From Bacteroidales bacterium (GTDB lineage Bacteria; Bacteroidota; Bacteroidia; Bacteroidales; UBA12170): 57,011 nt of DNA. Where the stretch lies: NCBI GenBank assembly GCA_016933745.1, contig JAFGAK010000166.1:1-57011 (forward strand). Direction: 5' to 3'. Both the position numbers and the translations under genes were made by a program. The notes below the pieces were generated by a model. The model did no database searches. It worked only from the letters and a program-made list of their open reading frames with translations, and was not told the origin of the DNA. Positions 1 to 9,190 of this stretch are shown piece by piece. Position 1 is the first letter of the stretch; each line of letters starts with the position of its first letter.

Positions 1-2
1 AA

Positions 3-1235
3 TTACAGTAATTTAGGTGTAAACGTCAACATGACCCAAGCCCATTGGGCAAATTTTGCATTTGTATCCATTCCTAAAGCTGCATTGACCAAATCAGTAT
101 GAGGAAGCATGAATGAATAACCAATGCTTAATTTTTGATTTTTCGCAAAACTATGCGCAAGAACAAAGTCGAACTCATCACCAATTTTTCGATTAACGCC
201 TGCCGAAGGTTTTTGAGCATAAGCCAAAGCATGATAGTATGCTGTAATACTGGTTTTAAAGCCGTATTTAACGTGAACGTTTAAATCTGTAATGCCAGCC
301 TCTTTCTGAAACTGGGTGCCTTTGGTAAAATCCATGAAACCTAAGAAGAGATGTGGTATTGTTTCCATCAATTGAATAAAATGGCGGTCGGTGGAAGTTT
401 CATCTGTATATTTTTTCCCGGAATAATGATCATAACCCACTTGATACGTTAAATTTCTTCGGGCATAGCTTAAGTTTGCTGTGTAAATATGTGCACGATG
501 TGTATTGCCCAATCCATTTTTTCCAAATTGAAAATAAGCTGCACCGTTAAAACGGAGATTTCTATAGTGAAGGAGTGGATTAACACCAATGGTATTCAAT
601 CCGTAAATAGTTAAGGTATTTGCCTTTTGGTAGCCTGCAAATACATCAATGAAATTGATAACAAAGTTTGAAAATACAGATTTGCTTAACCAAAGATAAG
701 TCATGCTTTGGTAATTCTTTATTAATTATGGACTTGCTTCTAGCATCGAAGTGGAATTTGCATTGTAGGCTAAACCGAGATCAATTATAAAGCCGTAGTC
801 AGCGTAGCTCAGCAATGCTAAATCGTGTGTTGCTCCTTGCATGCTCCAATTCCGACTGGAAATGATTCGCTGGTCGCCGTAATTCAATTCTTGCCTTCCG
901 ATGGTCACGCTAAGTGCCGAATTCATTTTGTATTTTACCCAAGCTTCGTGAAGCAAAAGAGGCTTGCTGGAGTTGATTATAAAAGTTTCGCCCCAAGCAC
1001 GCGTGTCTTGAATAGAAAATCGTAAATCGAAATTAGGATTTTTATAATCAAAGATTAATCGACTTCGTTGGGAGAGGACATAAGCAGGTTCTTGGTTTTC
1101 GCTGAGGATGTTTTTATAACCCTGACGGAATTCACCAATGGTTTTAAAATTTGCCGAAAAAATTAATTCGCCTTGCTTTTGTGCAAAAAGAGAAACCGAA
1201 ACTATCAAAAACAATCCTAATAAAGTCTTTTTCAT
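3..1235 (-). pseudogene. Alginate export (AlgE-like) family outer-membrane porin interrupted by a single in-frame TAA at 726-728
   Basis: ORFs 726..1235 and 3..704 share a frame and read ...MLEASP*LIKNYQSMTYLWL... Signal peptide, QRSRL, QDTRAWG and IGRQELNYGDQRIISSRNW motifs, and a C-terminal WAWVMLTFTP beta-strand are typical of this family. Could also be a sequencing error. Confidence 0.75.
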
Positions 1236-1356
1236 GATCTATGTGTTTAATTGGGAGGTAAAAATAATCATTCTCGGCAATTTGTATTTCGAAAATGAAT
1301 CTTCGTTGCAATTTTGATACTTCAAAAAAAAAGCGCAAATTTGTTTTTTAAGTTTG

Positions 1357-1743
1357 TTAAGGTTCCTTTCTTTGACTTTTAAATGCACCAAATGCCATAA
1401 GAAACCAGCCTAAAACAAATAAAACTCCTCCTAAAGGAGTGATGTATCCTAAAGATAGTTTTGCAAAAACAAGAAGATATAAGCTTCCCGAAAACGAAAG
1501 AATTCCACCCAAAAAGCTATAACCCGCCCATGAAAGTAATACTTTTTGATTTGGAAGATGTGAGAAAGCCAAAGATAAAACAAGCAAAGCTAACGCATGG
1601 TTCATTTGGTAACGAACTGCTTTACCAAAGGTGATAGCAGACTCTGCATCCATAAATTTAGCACCACCATGAGCACCGTAAGTGCCCATTGCAACAGCTA
1701 ATCCGGCAAGAATAGCGCCGCTGATAAAAAAGTTTTTTTTCAT
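1357..1743 (-). CDS. DUF423 (YgdD/TMEM256-like) small membrane protein
   Basis: GTYGAHG, AVRYQMNHALAL, FSGSLY and ITPLGG motifs; about four hydrophobic segments. Confidence 0.85.
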   Translation of the reverse strand: MKKNFFISGAILAGLAVAMGTYGAHGGAKFMDAESAITFGKAVRYQMNHALALLVLSLAFSHLPNQKVLLSWAGYSFLGGILSFSGSLYLLVFAKLSLGYITPLGGVLFVLGWFLMAFGAFKSQRKEP

Positions 1744-1760
1744 TTGATAGAATTTAATAA

Positions 1761-2561
1761 TTAGTCAAGTATAATAGTTAAAGCCAAGCCAAATCCAGTG
1801 GTTTGGTATTCGTTTTTCCCAATTAAATCGAAAGGAGCGTTTAAAACTAAGATAAAATTTTCTGCTCTTTCAATAGCAACTCCGGTATTTAAAGTAAAGA
1901 CATAGGAGTTGTTAGAAGCTTGGTTGTAAAATTTATTGTTGAAGCTAAAACCTGTAATAAAGTTTATATTCTTAAACAAGTAATAGCCAATTTCAGAATC
2001 GATAAAGAGACAATGATCGTGACCACTGGATGTGATGTGTGTATGTTTTTGGTATTGAATATCTAAGTCCATGCACATTCTATCAGAAAATTTATAAGTA
2101 AAAATTAGTCCCCCAACAAAAGCAGGTGTAATTTCATGCACAGCGCTTCTGCGCGTATAAACTTGATTACCAATCAACGTATTGTATCCGGCAAGTAAAC
2201 CCATTGTGAATTTACCTTCGAGTGGCAGTTTATATTTCGCTCCAAATCGGACTTCACTTACATCAACAGGTAAAGAAACTCCAATTTCAAGATTTTTTGA
2301 TAATCCATAAGTAAAGCGAAAACCAAATCCTGAAAATTTAAGGGTTGAATCGGAGGTAGAGAACAGGTTTTGTCGAATGCCATTTTGATCAAAATAGTGT
2401 GAAGTTAAAGCATACCCAAAAAAAGGTTCAAATTCGATGGTGTTTTCCGGAACCGTTGCGGTACAAAGTGCTCCAACTTTAGAAGCAGATAATCCGCCAA
2501 CCTGACTGTATACGTTTAAAAAAAGAAAGCTAAAGGTAAAAAGTGTGACAAGTTTTTTCAT
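1761..2561 (-). CDS. Exported hypothetical protein, probable outer-membrane beta-barrel
   Basis: Signal peptide from MKKLVTL (start moved to 2561); alternating amphipathic strands (FGFRFTYGLSKNLEIGVSLP, GFGLALTIILD). Confidence 0.6.
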   Translation of the reverse strand: MKKLVTLFTFSFLFLNVYSQVGGLSASKVGALCTATVPENTIEFEPFFGYALTSHYFDQNGIRQNLFSTSDSTLKFSGFGFRFTYGLSKNLEIGVSLPVDVSEVRFGAKYKLPLEGKFTMGLLAGYNTLIGNQVYTRRSAVHEITPAFVGGLIFTYKFSDRMCMDLDIQYQKHTHITSSGHDHCLFIDSEIGYYLFKNINFITGFSFNNKFYNQASNNSYVFTLNTGVAIERAENFILVLNAPFDLIGKNEYQTTGFGLALTIILD

Positions 2562-2658
2562 TTTAATAAATTTAAATATGTTTAAAATTAACATATATTA
2601 TTTGTGTTTATACATGTAAAGTGCGTTTTTTTTGATTTATTGAATCGTAAAAACGAGC

Positions 2659-2666
2659 CAAAGATA
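2659..2666 (-). promoter_or_regulatory. Bacteroidota sigma70 -7 element TATCTTTG
   Basis: Exact TAnnTTTG match about 100 nt upstream of the 2561 start. Confidence 0.55.
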
Positions 2667-2790
2667 GAAGTCAAATAGATTATCAGACAATCCCCAATCT
2701 TTGGTAAATTCTGGAAATTTACCAAGAAGCTAAAACCGCGGAAGGATTAAAGGCAGATGGAAAGGAGTGAAACGGTTTTTCTTTAAACAA

Positions 2791-3216
2791 TTAAGTGTTA
2801 CTTTTCAAGTGACTCAAGAAAATATAATATCTAAAACTGGATAAAAATAATGCCAGTCCAATCCCAATATAAATGGGGCTAAGGAGATATTTTGGAATAA
2901 ATGAAGCATGGCGTAAGAAAATACCGAGACTCATCATAAAAGCAATTAAAAGGTAACTTGTCCATTTCTGAAAAGCCCAAATACAAACTTTCCCGGAATA
3001 GTTGTTAATCCGCTCAATATTTTTCTTGGCTAAACCGGAAAATCCATAATAGGCGATTACACTTCCGAGTAAAGTACCGGCAATAATATCGAAAAACAAT
3101 TCAACCTGAGAAAGCTCTGCAAACCAACGAAAGGCCATGCGGATAAGAAATAATCCTACTCCTGACCAAAGTAATCCAGCAATGAAAATCAGTATGTTTT
3201 TATTAACTTTTGGCAT
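2791..3216 (-). CDS. Hypothetical integral membrane protein (4 TM)
   Basis: 141-aa ORF with four hydrophobic helices; no recognised family. Confidence 0.75.
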   Translation of the reverse strand: MPKVNKNILIFIAGLLWSGVGLFLIRMAFRWFAELSQVELFFDIIAGTLLGSVIAYYGFSGLAKKNIERINNYSGKVCIWAFQKWTSYLLIAFMMSLGIFLRHASFIPKYLLSPIYIGIGLALFLSSFRYYIFLSHLKSNT

Positions 3217-3376
3217 TTCTCAGAATAAAATTTGAGACAATTTGTTTTTTTAGAAGTATAAATTTCTAGCATTTTAAGTGTGGCGAAAATACAATTTCTT
3301 TTCTTAAAAAATCTTTAATTAAGGAATCTTAACGTGAAGAAAATACGGAATTGCCTATTTTTGCACCTAAACAAAT

Positions 3377-4429
3377 TTGAAGGATTCCATGTTAACGCAC
3401 CGCTTGAATTTATCTAAACTTAGAGCTGTTTTTACGCTCATAATTATGCTTGGTTTTTCTGTTTTATCCAATGCTCAAGAAAAGGATATGGCCGATGAAA
3501 AAGCTTCTGTTTTTTTGCTTACTCACCTTGCTGTTGCGGAGTCGCAGGATAGTTGTTTGCAATTAAGTAATCAATTTGATTTTAAACATCCTTTAAAAGT
3601 ATATCAGTTTAACCATAATAAGGATACTATTTCGTGCAAAATAGTGCTCAGTACCGAGCAAGTTTTAGCTGCAACAGACCCACAAAAACCCTATTTGTTA
3701 ATTATTCATGGTGCCGGAAAAACGATGGAGCAAACAATTGAAATGGCTACCGATATTCAACAGTTGTATCCGGTTAATGTGTTGATTTACCATTGGCCAG
3801 CCATGATAGGTAGTGATTACGATACCAAGAATTTAAAAGGGATGAAAGCGAAAGTTGAAGAAGGTGTTCAGCTTTTTACGGAACTTTTACATTGGGTTGA
3901 AATACTTAAAAACATCCACGAAAAAGAGGGAAAAACAAGCAAATGGAGTATGTTTATTCATAGCATGGGCAATTATTATATCGAAAGAGCTGTTGCGAAC
4001 AATAGTTTTGTGAATCTCGATTCGCATTTATTTGAGAATATTATTTTGAACGAAGCTGCAGTGGACTCAAAAAATCATGCTGCTTGGTTGAATCAATTGC
4101 ATATTCAAAAGCGAATCTATGTAAACTCTAACAAGAAAGATTTGATTTTAAAAGGGTTGAGGCTTTTTACAACCGCTGGAAGACAATTGGGCTCAAAAGC
4201 CAAAGCTCCTCTGTCGCAGCAAGCGATCTACATTGATTTTACTTCGGCAGTTGGTCATCAGAAACCGATCTATAAAACACATTCCTTTTATGCGAAAGAG
4301 ATTCCCTTGCAAAGTGAGAATATAAGAATGTATTACGCGCATCTTTTTAATGGAGAAGAAATCGATCTATCTAATCCAAACCAATTTCTTCCTACCAAAG
4401 AAAGTAATAAATTTAAAATAGTATTTTAG
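3377..4429 (+). CDS. Exported alpha/beta hydrolase (DUF900-like)
   Basis: IIHG, YHWP and HSMG nucleophile elbow, distal His (KTHSFY), signal peptide. TATTTTTG -7 box at 3356-3363. Start codon uncertain. Confidence 0.7.
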   Translation: MKDSMLTHRLNLSKLRAVFTLIIMLGFSVLSNAQEKDMADEKASVFLLTHLAVAESQDSCLQLSNQFDFKHPLKVYQFNHNKDTISCKIVLSTEQVLAATDPQKPYLLIIHGAGKTMEQTIEMATDIQQLYPVNVLIYHWPAMIGSDYDTKNLKGMKAKVEEGVQLFTELLHWVEILKNIHEKEGKTSKWSMFIHSMGNYYIERAVANNSFVNLDSHLFENIILNEAAVDSKNHAAWLNQLHIQKRIYVNSNKKDLILKGLRLFTTAGRQLGSKAKAPLSQQAIYIDFTSAVGHQKPIYKTHSFYAKEIPLQSENIRMYYAHLFNGEEIDLSNPNQFLPTKESNKFKIVF

Positions 4430-4468
4430 ATATGAAGGTGTAAGTTACTTTTAAATAACATTTGTGTT

Positions 4469-5509
4469 TTACATAATTACGTTAAACAAAAAGCCAACGA
4501 CTAAAATTCCACTCGTAACTATTCCGATAAAAAAGGCAATCAAAGGCCATTTCAGAACTTTTTTGAGGATAATTACTTCGGGTAGTGATAGTGCAATTAC
4601 CGACATCATAAAAGCCAAAGCAGTTCCCAAAGAAACTCCTTTTTCAATCAAAACGCTTACAATTGGAATGATTCCGGCGGCATTGGAATACATTGGAATA
4701 CCAATGAGAATGGCAAGTGGAACGCCGTACCAATTTCCTCGACCGAGTAAAGTTCCTAAATAATCTTCAGGGACATATCCATGCGCACCTGCACCAACAG
4801 CAATTCCAATCAGAATATAGATCCATATTTTTCCAACAATTTCTTTTACAGCTGCATATCCACCTCCAATTCGTTCAGAGAATTTGAGTTTCTCTTCTTC
4901 TTCGCTTTGACCAATTTGAACTTTATAAACCCAATCGGCAACATATCTTTCAAGTTTAAGCTTGCCTAAAATCCATCCGGCAAAAATGGCGATGAGTAAT
5001 CCGGTGCCAATATAGATGATAGCTACTTTCCAGCCAAATAGCCCGATTAATAATACCAAAGCCACTTCGTTGATCATGGGAGCTGCAATTAAAAAGGAAA
5101 ATGTAACTCCCAAAGGAATGCCCGCTTCTACAAAACCCAAGAATAACGGAATAGCAGAACAGGAACAAAAAGGGGTGACAATTCCTAAAAGTGATGCTAA
5201 AATGTTACCGGTAAAAAGCGATTTATTACCCAAAATTTTTCTGGTTTTTTCTGGTGTAAAATAGCTTCGGATAATGCCAACCAAAAAAATAATCAGAATG
5301 AGCAAGAGCAGTACTTTGGGTGTTTCGAAAATAAAAAAACGCAGCGCTTCTGTGAGGTGATTTCCATTTTGAAGTTGCAAAAGATCGTCGATTAGGAAAT
5401 CAGCAATTATTTGTAAATTCAAATACAATACAAGCCAAAGTGGAAGCAAGAGAAGTGTGTAAACCCAATTATTGCTTTGCTTTTTGAAAAAAGGAAAATC
5501 GTTGGCCAT
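4469..5509 (-). CDS. arsP: ArsP/DUF318 family permease
   Basis: TPFCSCSAIPLF, AAPMINEV, IPMYSNAAG and ALSLPE motifs; lies in an arsR cluster. Confidence 0.85.
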   Translation of the reverse strand: MANDFPFFKKQSNNWVYTLLLLPLWLVLYLNLQIIADFLIDDLLQLQNGNHLTEALRFFIFETPKVLLLLILIIFLVGIIRSYFTPEKTRKILGNKSLFTGNILASLLGIVTPFCSCSAIPLFLGFVEAGIPLGVTFSFLIAAPMINEVALVLLIGLFGWKVAIIYIGTGLLIAIFAGWILGKLKLERYVADWVYKVQIGQSEEEEKLKFSERIGGGYAAVKEIVGKIWIYILIGIAVGAGAHGYVPEDYLGTLLGRGNWYGVPLAILIGIPMYSNAAGIIPIVSVLIEKGVSLGTALAFMMSVIALSLPEVIILKKVLKWPLIAFFIGIVTSGILVVGFLFNVIM

Positions 5510-5522
5510 ATATTAGGTATGA

Positions 5523-6227
5523 TTAAATATTTAAAAATTGCAAAGCGATGTAATAAATACCGATTAGTATAAAAAGAAAAGCTACTAACCGACGAAACCA
5601 AAGCTCGAAAACCTTCACTCGTTGATAAAATTGCCCAAGCTTCCCGATTCCAAATGCAATTAACCAAGCAAAAATAATCACCGGAATGCCTGTCGCGATA
5701 GCAAAAATAAAAGGCAAGTATAAGCCAGAAGCGCTGCTTATGGTGAGGGGAATGAGCATGCCAAAATAGAGAACGCCACTGTACGGACAAAAAGCCAAAG
5801 CGAAAACTATTCCAAGAAACAAGACGCCCCAAAATCCATTTTTTGTGCTCGATTGCATGTTTTCAGATAGTATGCTTAAGCCTGGAATTTTTAGCGTTAA
5901 AACACCTAACATAAATAAGCCGATGATGACCAACAAAGGTCCAAGTATTTTTTCGCCCCAAGTTTGGAAAAAGCTTTCCATTTCAAATTGGCTGCTCCCG
6001 AAATAAAAAAGTAAACCAATAAACGTGTAGGTAATTCCGCGCCCCAAAGTGTAGATGAGTCCGTTTAAAAATACTTTTTTTCGGTTTTGGATGTCTTTAC
6101 TAATATAACCAATCGCCGTAATATTGGTGGCTAGCGGACAAGGACTGATCGCTGTCATTAGTCCCAATAAAAAAGCGGTTAATATCGGAAATTGCGTGTT
6201 TTCCAGTAAATTCTGTAACAATTCCAT
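5523..6227 (-). CDS. arsG: CcdA/DsbD-like membrane protein (ArsG family)
   Basis: ISPCPLATNI and AFCPYSG cysteine motifs, about six TM helices, context arsE-arsF-arsG. Confidence 0.7.
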   Translation of the reverse strand: MELLQNLLENTQFPILTAFLLGLMTAISPCPLATNITAIGYISKDIQNRKKVFLNGLIYTLGRGITYTFIGLLFYFGSSQFEMESFFQTWGEKILGPLLVIIGLFMLGVLTLKIPGLSILSENMQSSTKNGFWGVLFLGIVFALAFCPYSGVLYFGMLIPLTISSASGLYLPFIFAIATGIPVIIFAWLIAFGIGKLGQFYQRVKVFELWFRRLVAFLFILIGIYYIALQFLNI

Positions 6228-6231
6228 TCGG

Positions 6232-6663
6232 TTACATCGTGTTTATGGTTTCTGTAATTTTGGCTTTTAACTTTTCAGGATAGGTACGTGCATTTAAAAA
6301 AGCATCGTTGGTAAGATTGACAATTTTATCGCCTTTCACAACCAAAAGGGTTTGTCCGCTGATTTTAAATTTCCGAACCAAAGCACTATTTTCCTCTTTT
6401 TCTCTATTTAAAACAATAAATTCAATGTCATTTCCGTACTTTTCCTCGATGGTTTCTTTCGCCACCTTTTCGATGGCTTGACAAGTAACGCATCTTCTTG
6501 TAGCATGAAAATAATAGACTTTTACTTGATTATCCGTTGTTTGTTTAACCGTTGATTGATTGAGTTGTTTCTGGCTGCTTACTTCGGGATTTTTTCCTTG
6601 TGCATTGATTGATAAAACGCTAATTAACAAAAAGAAAGCAAAAAGGTTAAGAGGTGTTTTCAT
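6232..6663 (-). CDS. arsF: Exported thioredoxin-like protein (ArsF family)
   Basis: Signal peptide and YYFHATRRCVTC (CxxC) motif. Confidence 0.7.
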   Translation of the reverse strand: MKTPLNLFAFFLLISVLSINAQGKNPEVSSQKQLNQSTVKQTTDNQVKVYYFHATRRCVTCQAIEKVAKETIEEKYGNDIEFIVLNREKEENSALVRKFKISGQTLLVVKGDKIVNLTNDAFLNARTYPEKLKAKITETINTM

Positions 6664-6673
6664 GAGAAAGATT

Positions 6674-6907
6674 TTAATTGTTAATGATTTGAATTAATTC
6701 TGCACGACTGGGAACTTTTCCTTGTAGAACCACTTTGCCATCTATTACAAGGGCAGGAGTTTGCAAGATTCCGTATTTCATGATGTCGATAATATCTTCG
6801 ACTTTGGTAACAGTAGCGGAGCTATTTGCTTCGATCACGGTTTCTCGGGTTACTTTTTCTAGCATTTTGCATTTGGCGCAACCAGTTCCTAAAACTTTAA
6901 TTTCCAT
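6674..6907 (-). CDS. arsE: Small thioredoxin-like redox-active disulfide protein (MTH895/ArsE family)
   Basis: MEIKVLGTGCAKC...YGILQTPALVIDG. Start placed at 6907 because the longer ORF overlaps arsR. Confidence 0.8.
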   Translation of the reverse strand: MEIKVLGTGCAKCKMLEKVTRETVIEANSSATVTKVEDIIDIMKYGILQTPALVIDGKVVLQGKVPSRAELIQIINN

Positions 6908-6928
6908 TTTTTCTTTTTTTAATTCGTA

Positions 6929-6946
6929 GTTCGTAGAATGACGAAC
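6929..6946. promoter_or_regulatory. Second putative ArsR operator GTTCGT-N6-ACGAAC
   Basis: Inverted repeat between arsR and arsE with the same arms and spacing as the site upstream of arsR. Confidence 0.7.
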
Positions 6947-6963
6947 GATGTTTCGAAATTTTT

Positions 6964-7263
6964 TTAAATATGTAGTAATTCGTTTAATAAATCTTGTGCT
7001 TCTTTCCAATTTTCGCGGTTGATACAATACCTAATTTTTGGCGCTTCAATCTCGCCTTGAATCAAACCAGCATTCTTTAATTCTTTTAAATGTTGAGATA
7101 GAGTAGATTTAGCAATCGGAAGGTCCTCTGTTAAATCGCCGCTGTAACAGCAAGATTGTTTAGCTAGGAGCTGCAAAACATAAATCCGTATTGGATGCGC
7201 AATAGCTTTCGCGTATTTGGCTAATCGTTCTTGTTTTTCGGTCGGAAGATTGCTTGGATTCAT
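6964..7263 (-). CDS. arsR: ArsR/SmtB family transcriptional repressor
   Basis: KAIAHPIRI, CC pair and STLSQHLKELKNAGLI HTH. Confidence 0.92.
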   Translation of the reverse strand: MNPSNLPTEKQERLAKYAKAIAHPIRIYVLQLLAKQSCCYSGDLTEDLPIAKSTLSQHLKELKNAGLIQGEIEAPKIRYCINRENWKEAQDLLNELLHI

Positions 7264-7264
7264 C

Positions 7265-7291
7265 TTGTTCGTAATTTCACGAACAAAAGTA
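7265..7291 (-). promoter_or_regulatory. arsR promoter: -7 box TACTTTTG (7284-7291) overlapped by operator TTGTTCGT-N6-ACGAACAA (7265-7286)
   Basis: Perfect 8-6-8 inverted repeat between the -7 box and the ATG. Confidence 0.8.
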
Positions 7292-7461
7292 GGTAAAATT
7301 TTAATTCTAACAACTAAACTTGTAAAAATAGTCGATGCTAGTATACAGATTGGCTAAATTATTTTTAGGCTTTTACGTCTTTATGTTGTATTTTTAAATA
7401 ATTATTTCTTTTCAAATGACACTTTATAAGTAATTCTGTTAGGATTTTATTTTTTTTATTT

Positions 7462-7483
7462 TACCTTTGTGTAATCGATTACA
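7462..7483 (+). promoter_or_regulatory. kduI operon promoter: -7 box TACCTTTG plus operator TGTAATCGATTACA
   Basis: -7 box at 7462-7469 immediately followed by a perfect 14-bp palindrome at 7470-7483 with a LacI-type central CG. Confidence 0.85.
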
Positions 7484-7505
7484 TAAATAATAATATACAT
7501 ATATC

Positions 7506-8342
7506 ATGACAAATTATAATTTCAGGTACGCAGCAAACCCCAAAGATGCTGAAAAGTATAATACCAGCGAGTTGCGCGAACAATTTTTAGTGGAAAACCT
7601 TTTTGTTGAAGACCAAATCAATTTAACTTATTCCATGTACGAAAGGTTTATTGTAGGCGGTGTAATGCCTGTAAAAGAAAATTTAAAGTTAGAGACCATT
7701 CCCTATTTAAAATCAGAAAATTTTCTCGATAGAAGAGAGCTAGGCATTATTAATGTAGGTGGAACTGGATTTGTTAATGTTGATGGAGTTACCTACGAGT
7801 TACAAAAGAAAGAAGCGCTCTACGTAGGACAAGGATGCAAAGAGGTGATTTTTTCAAGTGTAAAAGGCGAGCAAGCTTTGTTTTATATCAATTCTGCACC
7901 CGCCCATAAAAAATTCCCAAACAAAAAAGTAGGTTTAAAAGACGCAGAAGTAATTCAGCTTGGCGATGAAAAACAGGCAAACAAACGAGTTTTAAATAAA
8001 TTGATTGTGAACAGCATCGTGGAAACGTGTCAGCTTCAAATGGGTCTTACAGAACTCTTGCCTGGAAATATTTGGAATACAATGCCTGCGCATACCCATG
8101 CCAGAAGAATGGAAGCTTATTTTTATTTTGATTTAGAAAAAGGTCAAACCATTTCTCATTTTATGGGAGAACCTCAAAATACCAGACATATTTTCTTGGA
8201 AAACAACATGGCCGTTATTTCACCAGAATGGTCGATTCATTCAGGTGCAGGAACTTCCAATTACTCATTTATTTGGGGAATGGCCGGTGAAAATCTAGAT
8301 TATGGTGATATGGATATTTGTGCACCGAATGAGTTGAGATAA
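7506..8342 (+). CDS. kduI: 5-dehydro-4-deoxy-D-glucuronate isomerase
   Basis: FLDRRELGIINVGG, WNTMPAHTHARRMEAYFYF and WSIHSGAGT motifs. Confidence 0.96.
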   Translation: MTNYNFRYAANPKDAEKYNTSELREQFLVENLFVEDQINLTYSMYERFIVGGVMPVKENLKLETIPYLKSENFLDRRELGIINVGGTGFVNVDGVTYELQKKEALYVGQGCKEVIFSSVKGEQALFYINSAPAHKKFPNKKVGLKDAEVIQLGDEKQANKRVLNKLIVNSIVETCQLQMGLTELLPGNIWNTMPAHTHARRMEAYFYFDLEKGQTISHFMGEPQNTRHIFLENNMAVISPEWSIHSGAGTSNYSFIWGMAGENLDYGDMDICAPNELR

Positions 8343-9148
8343 TGAATGATAAAAGTACTATGAAAAATTTGTTTGATTTAACAGGGAAAAGAGCTTTAGT
8401 TACTGGAGCCGTTCATGGTTTGGGAATGGCTATGGCCAAAGGTCTAGGCCATGCAGGCGCAGAGTTAATCGTCAATAATTATTCCAGTGATATGCTTGAT
8501 GAAGCAAAAAAGGAATACGAAAGCGAAGGTTTGAAAGTACATACCTATGTGTTTGATGTAACCAACGACAAAGAAGTTGAAAAATACATCGACCTTATTG
8601 AGAAAGAAGTAGGACCTATCGATATCCTGATTAACAATGCAGGAATTATCAAAAGAATTCCGATGGAAGACATGGAAACAGAGGATTATAGAGCCGTTAT
8701 CGATGTTAATTTGGTGGGGCCTTTTATCGTTTCAAAATATGTAGGAAGAAAAATGATCGCTCGCCGAGCCGGAAAAATTATCAATATCAATTCGATGATG
8801 AGCGAATTAGGAAGAAACACAGTTTCAGCCTATGCTGCCTCAAAAGGAGGATTGAAAATGTTGACTAGAAATATGGCTACTGAATGGGCAAAATACAATA
8901 TTCAAACCAATGGTATTGGTCCTGGCTATTTTGCAACCTCTCAAACAGCGCCTATACGTGTTGATGGTCACCCATTTAACGAATTTATCATACACCGAAC
9001 ACCCGCAGCACGTTGGGGTAATCCGGAAGATTTAGCGGGTGCAGCAGTATTTTTAGCCTCTAAAGCAAGTGATTTTGTCAACGGACAAATTCTATATGTA
9101 GACGGTGGAATTTTAGCTACGATCGGAAAGCCTTCAAACGAAGAATAG
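8342..9148 (+). CDS. kduD: SDR: 2-dehydro-3-deoxy-D-gluconate 5-dehydrogenase / gluconate 5-dehydrogenase
   Basis: TGAVHGLG, NNAG and YAASK motifs; directly follows kduI. Start may be 8360. Confidence 0.85.
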   Translation: MNDKSTMKNLFDLTGKRALVTGAVHGLGMAMAKGLGHAGAELIVNNYSSDMLDEAKKEYESEGLKVHTYVFDVTNDKEVEKYIDLIEKEVGPIDILINNAGIIKRIPMEDMETEDYRAVIDVNLVGPFIVSKYVGRKMIARRAGKIININSMMSELGRNTVSAYAASKGGLKMLTRNMATEWAKYNIQTNGIGPGYFATSQTAPIRVDGHPFNEFIIHRTPAARWGNPEDLAGAAVFLASKASDFVNGQILYVDGGILATIGKPSNEE

Positions 9149-9190
9149 AAATCAAAATTTAAAGAATACAGCATTCTAAATTAAAAAAAA

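Noticed and set aside
726-728. Stop-codon reassignment or programmed readthrough
   Set aside because: TAA terminates many clearly full-length genes in this window, and this is an isolated case.
6908-7027. N-terminal extension of the thioredoxin ORF
   Set aside because: It overlaps arsR and runs through the operator; the family starts at MEIKVLG (6907).
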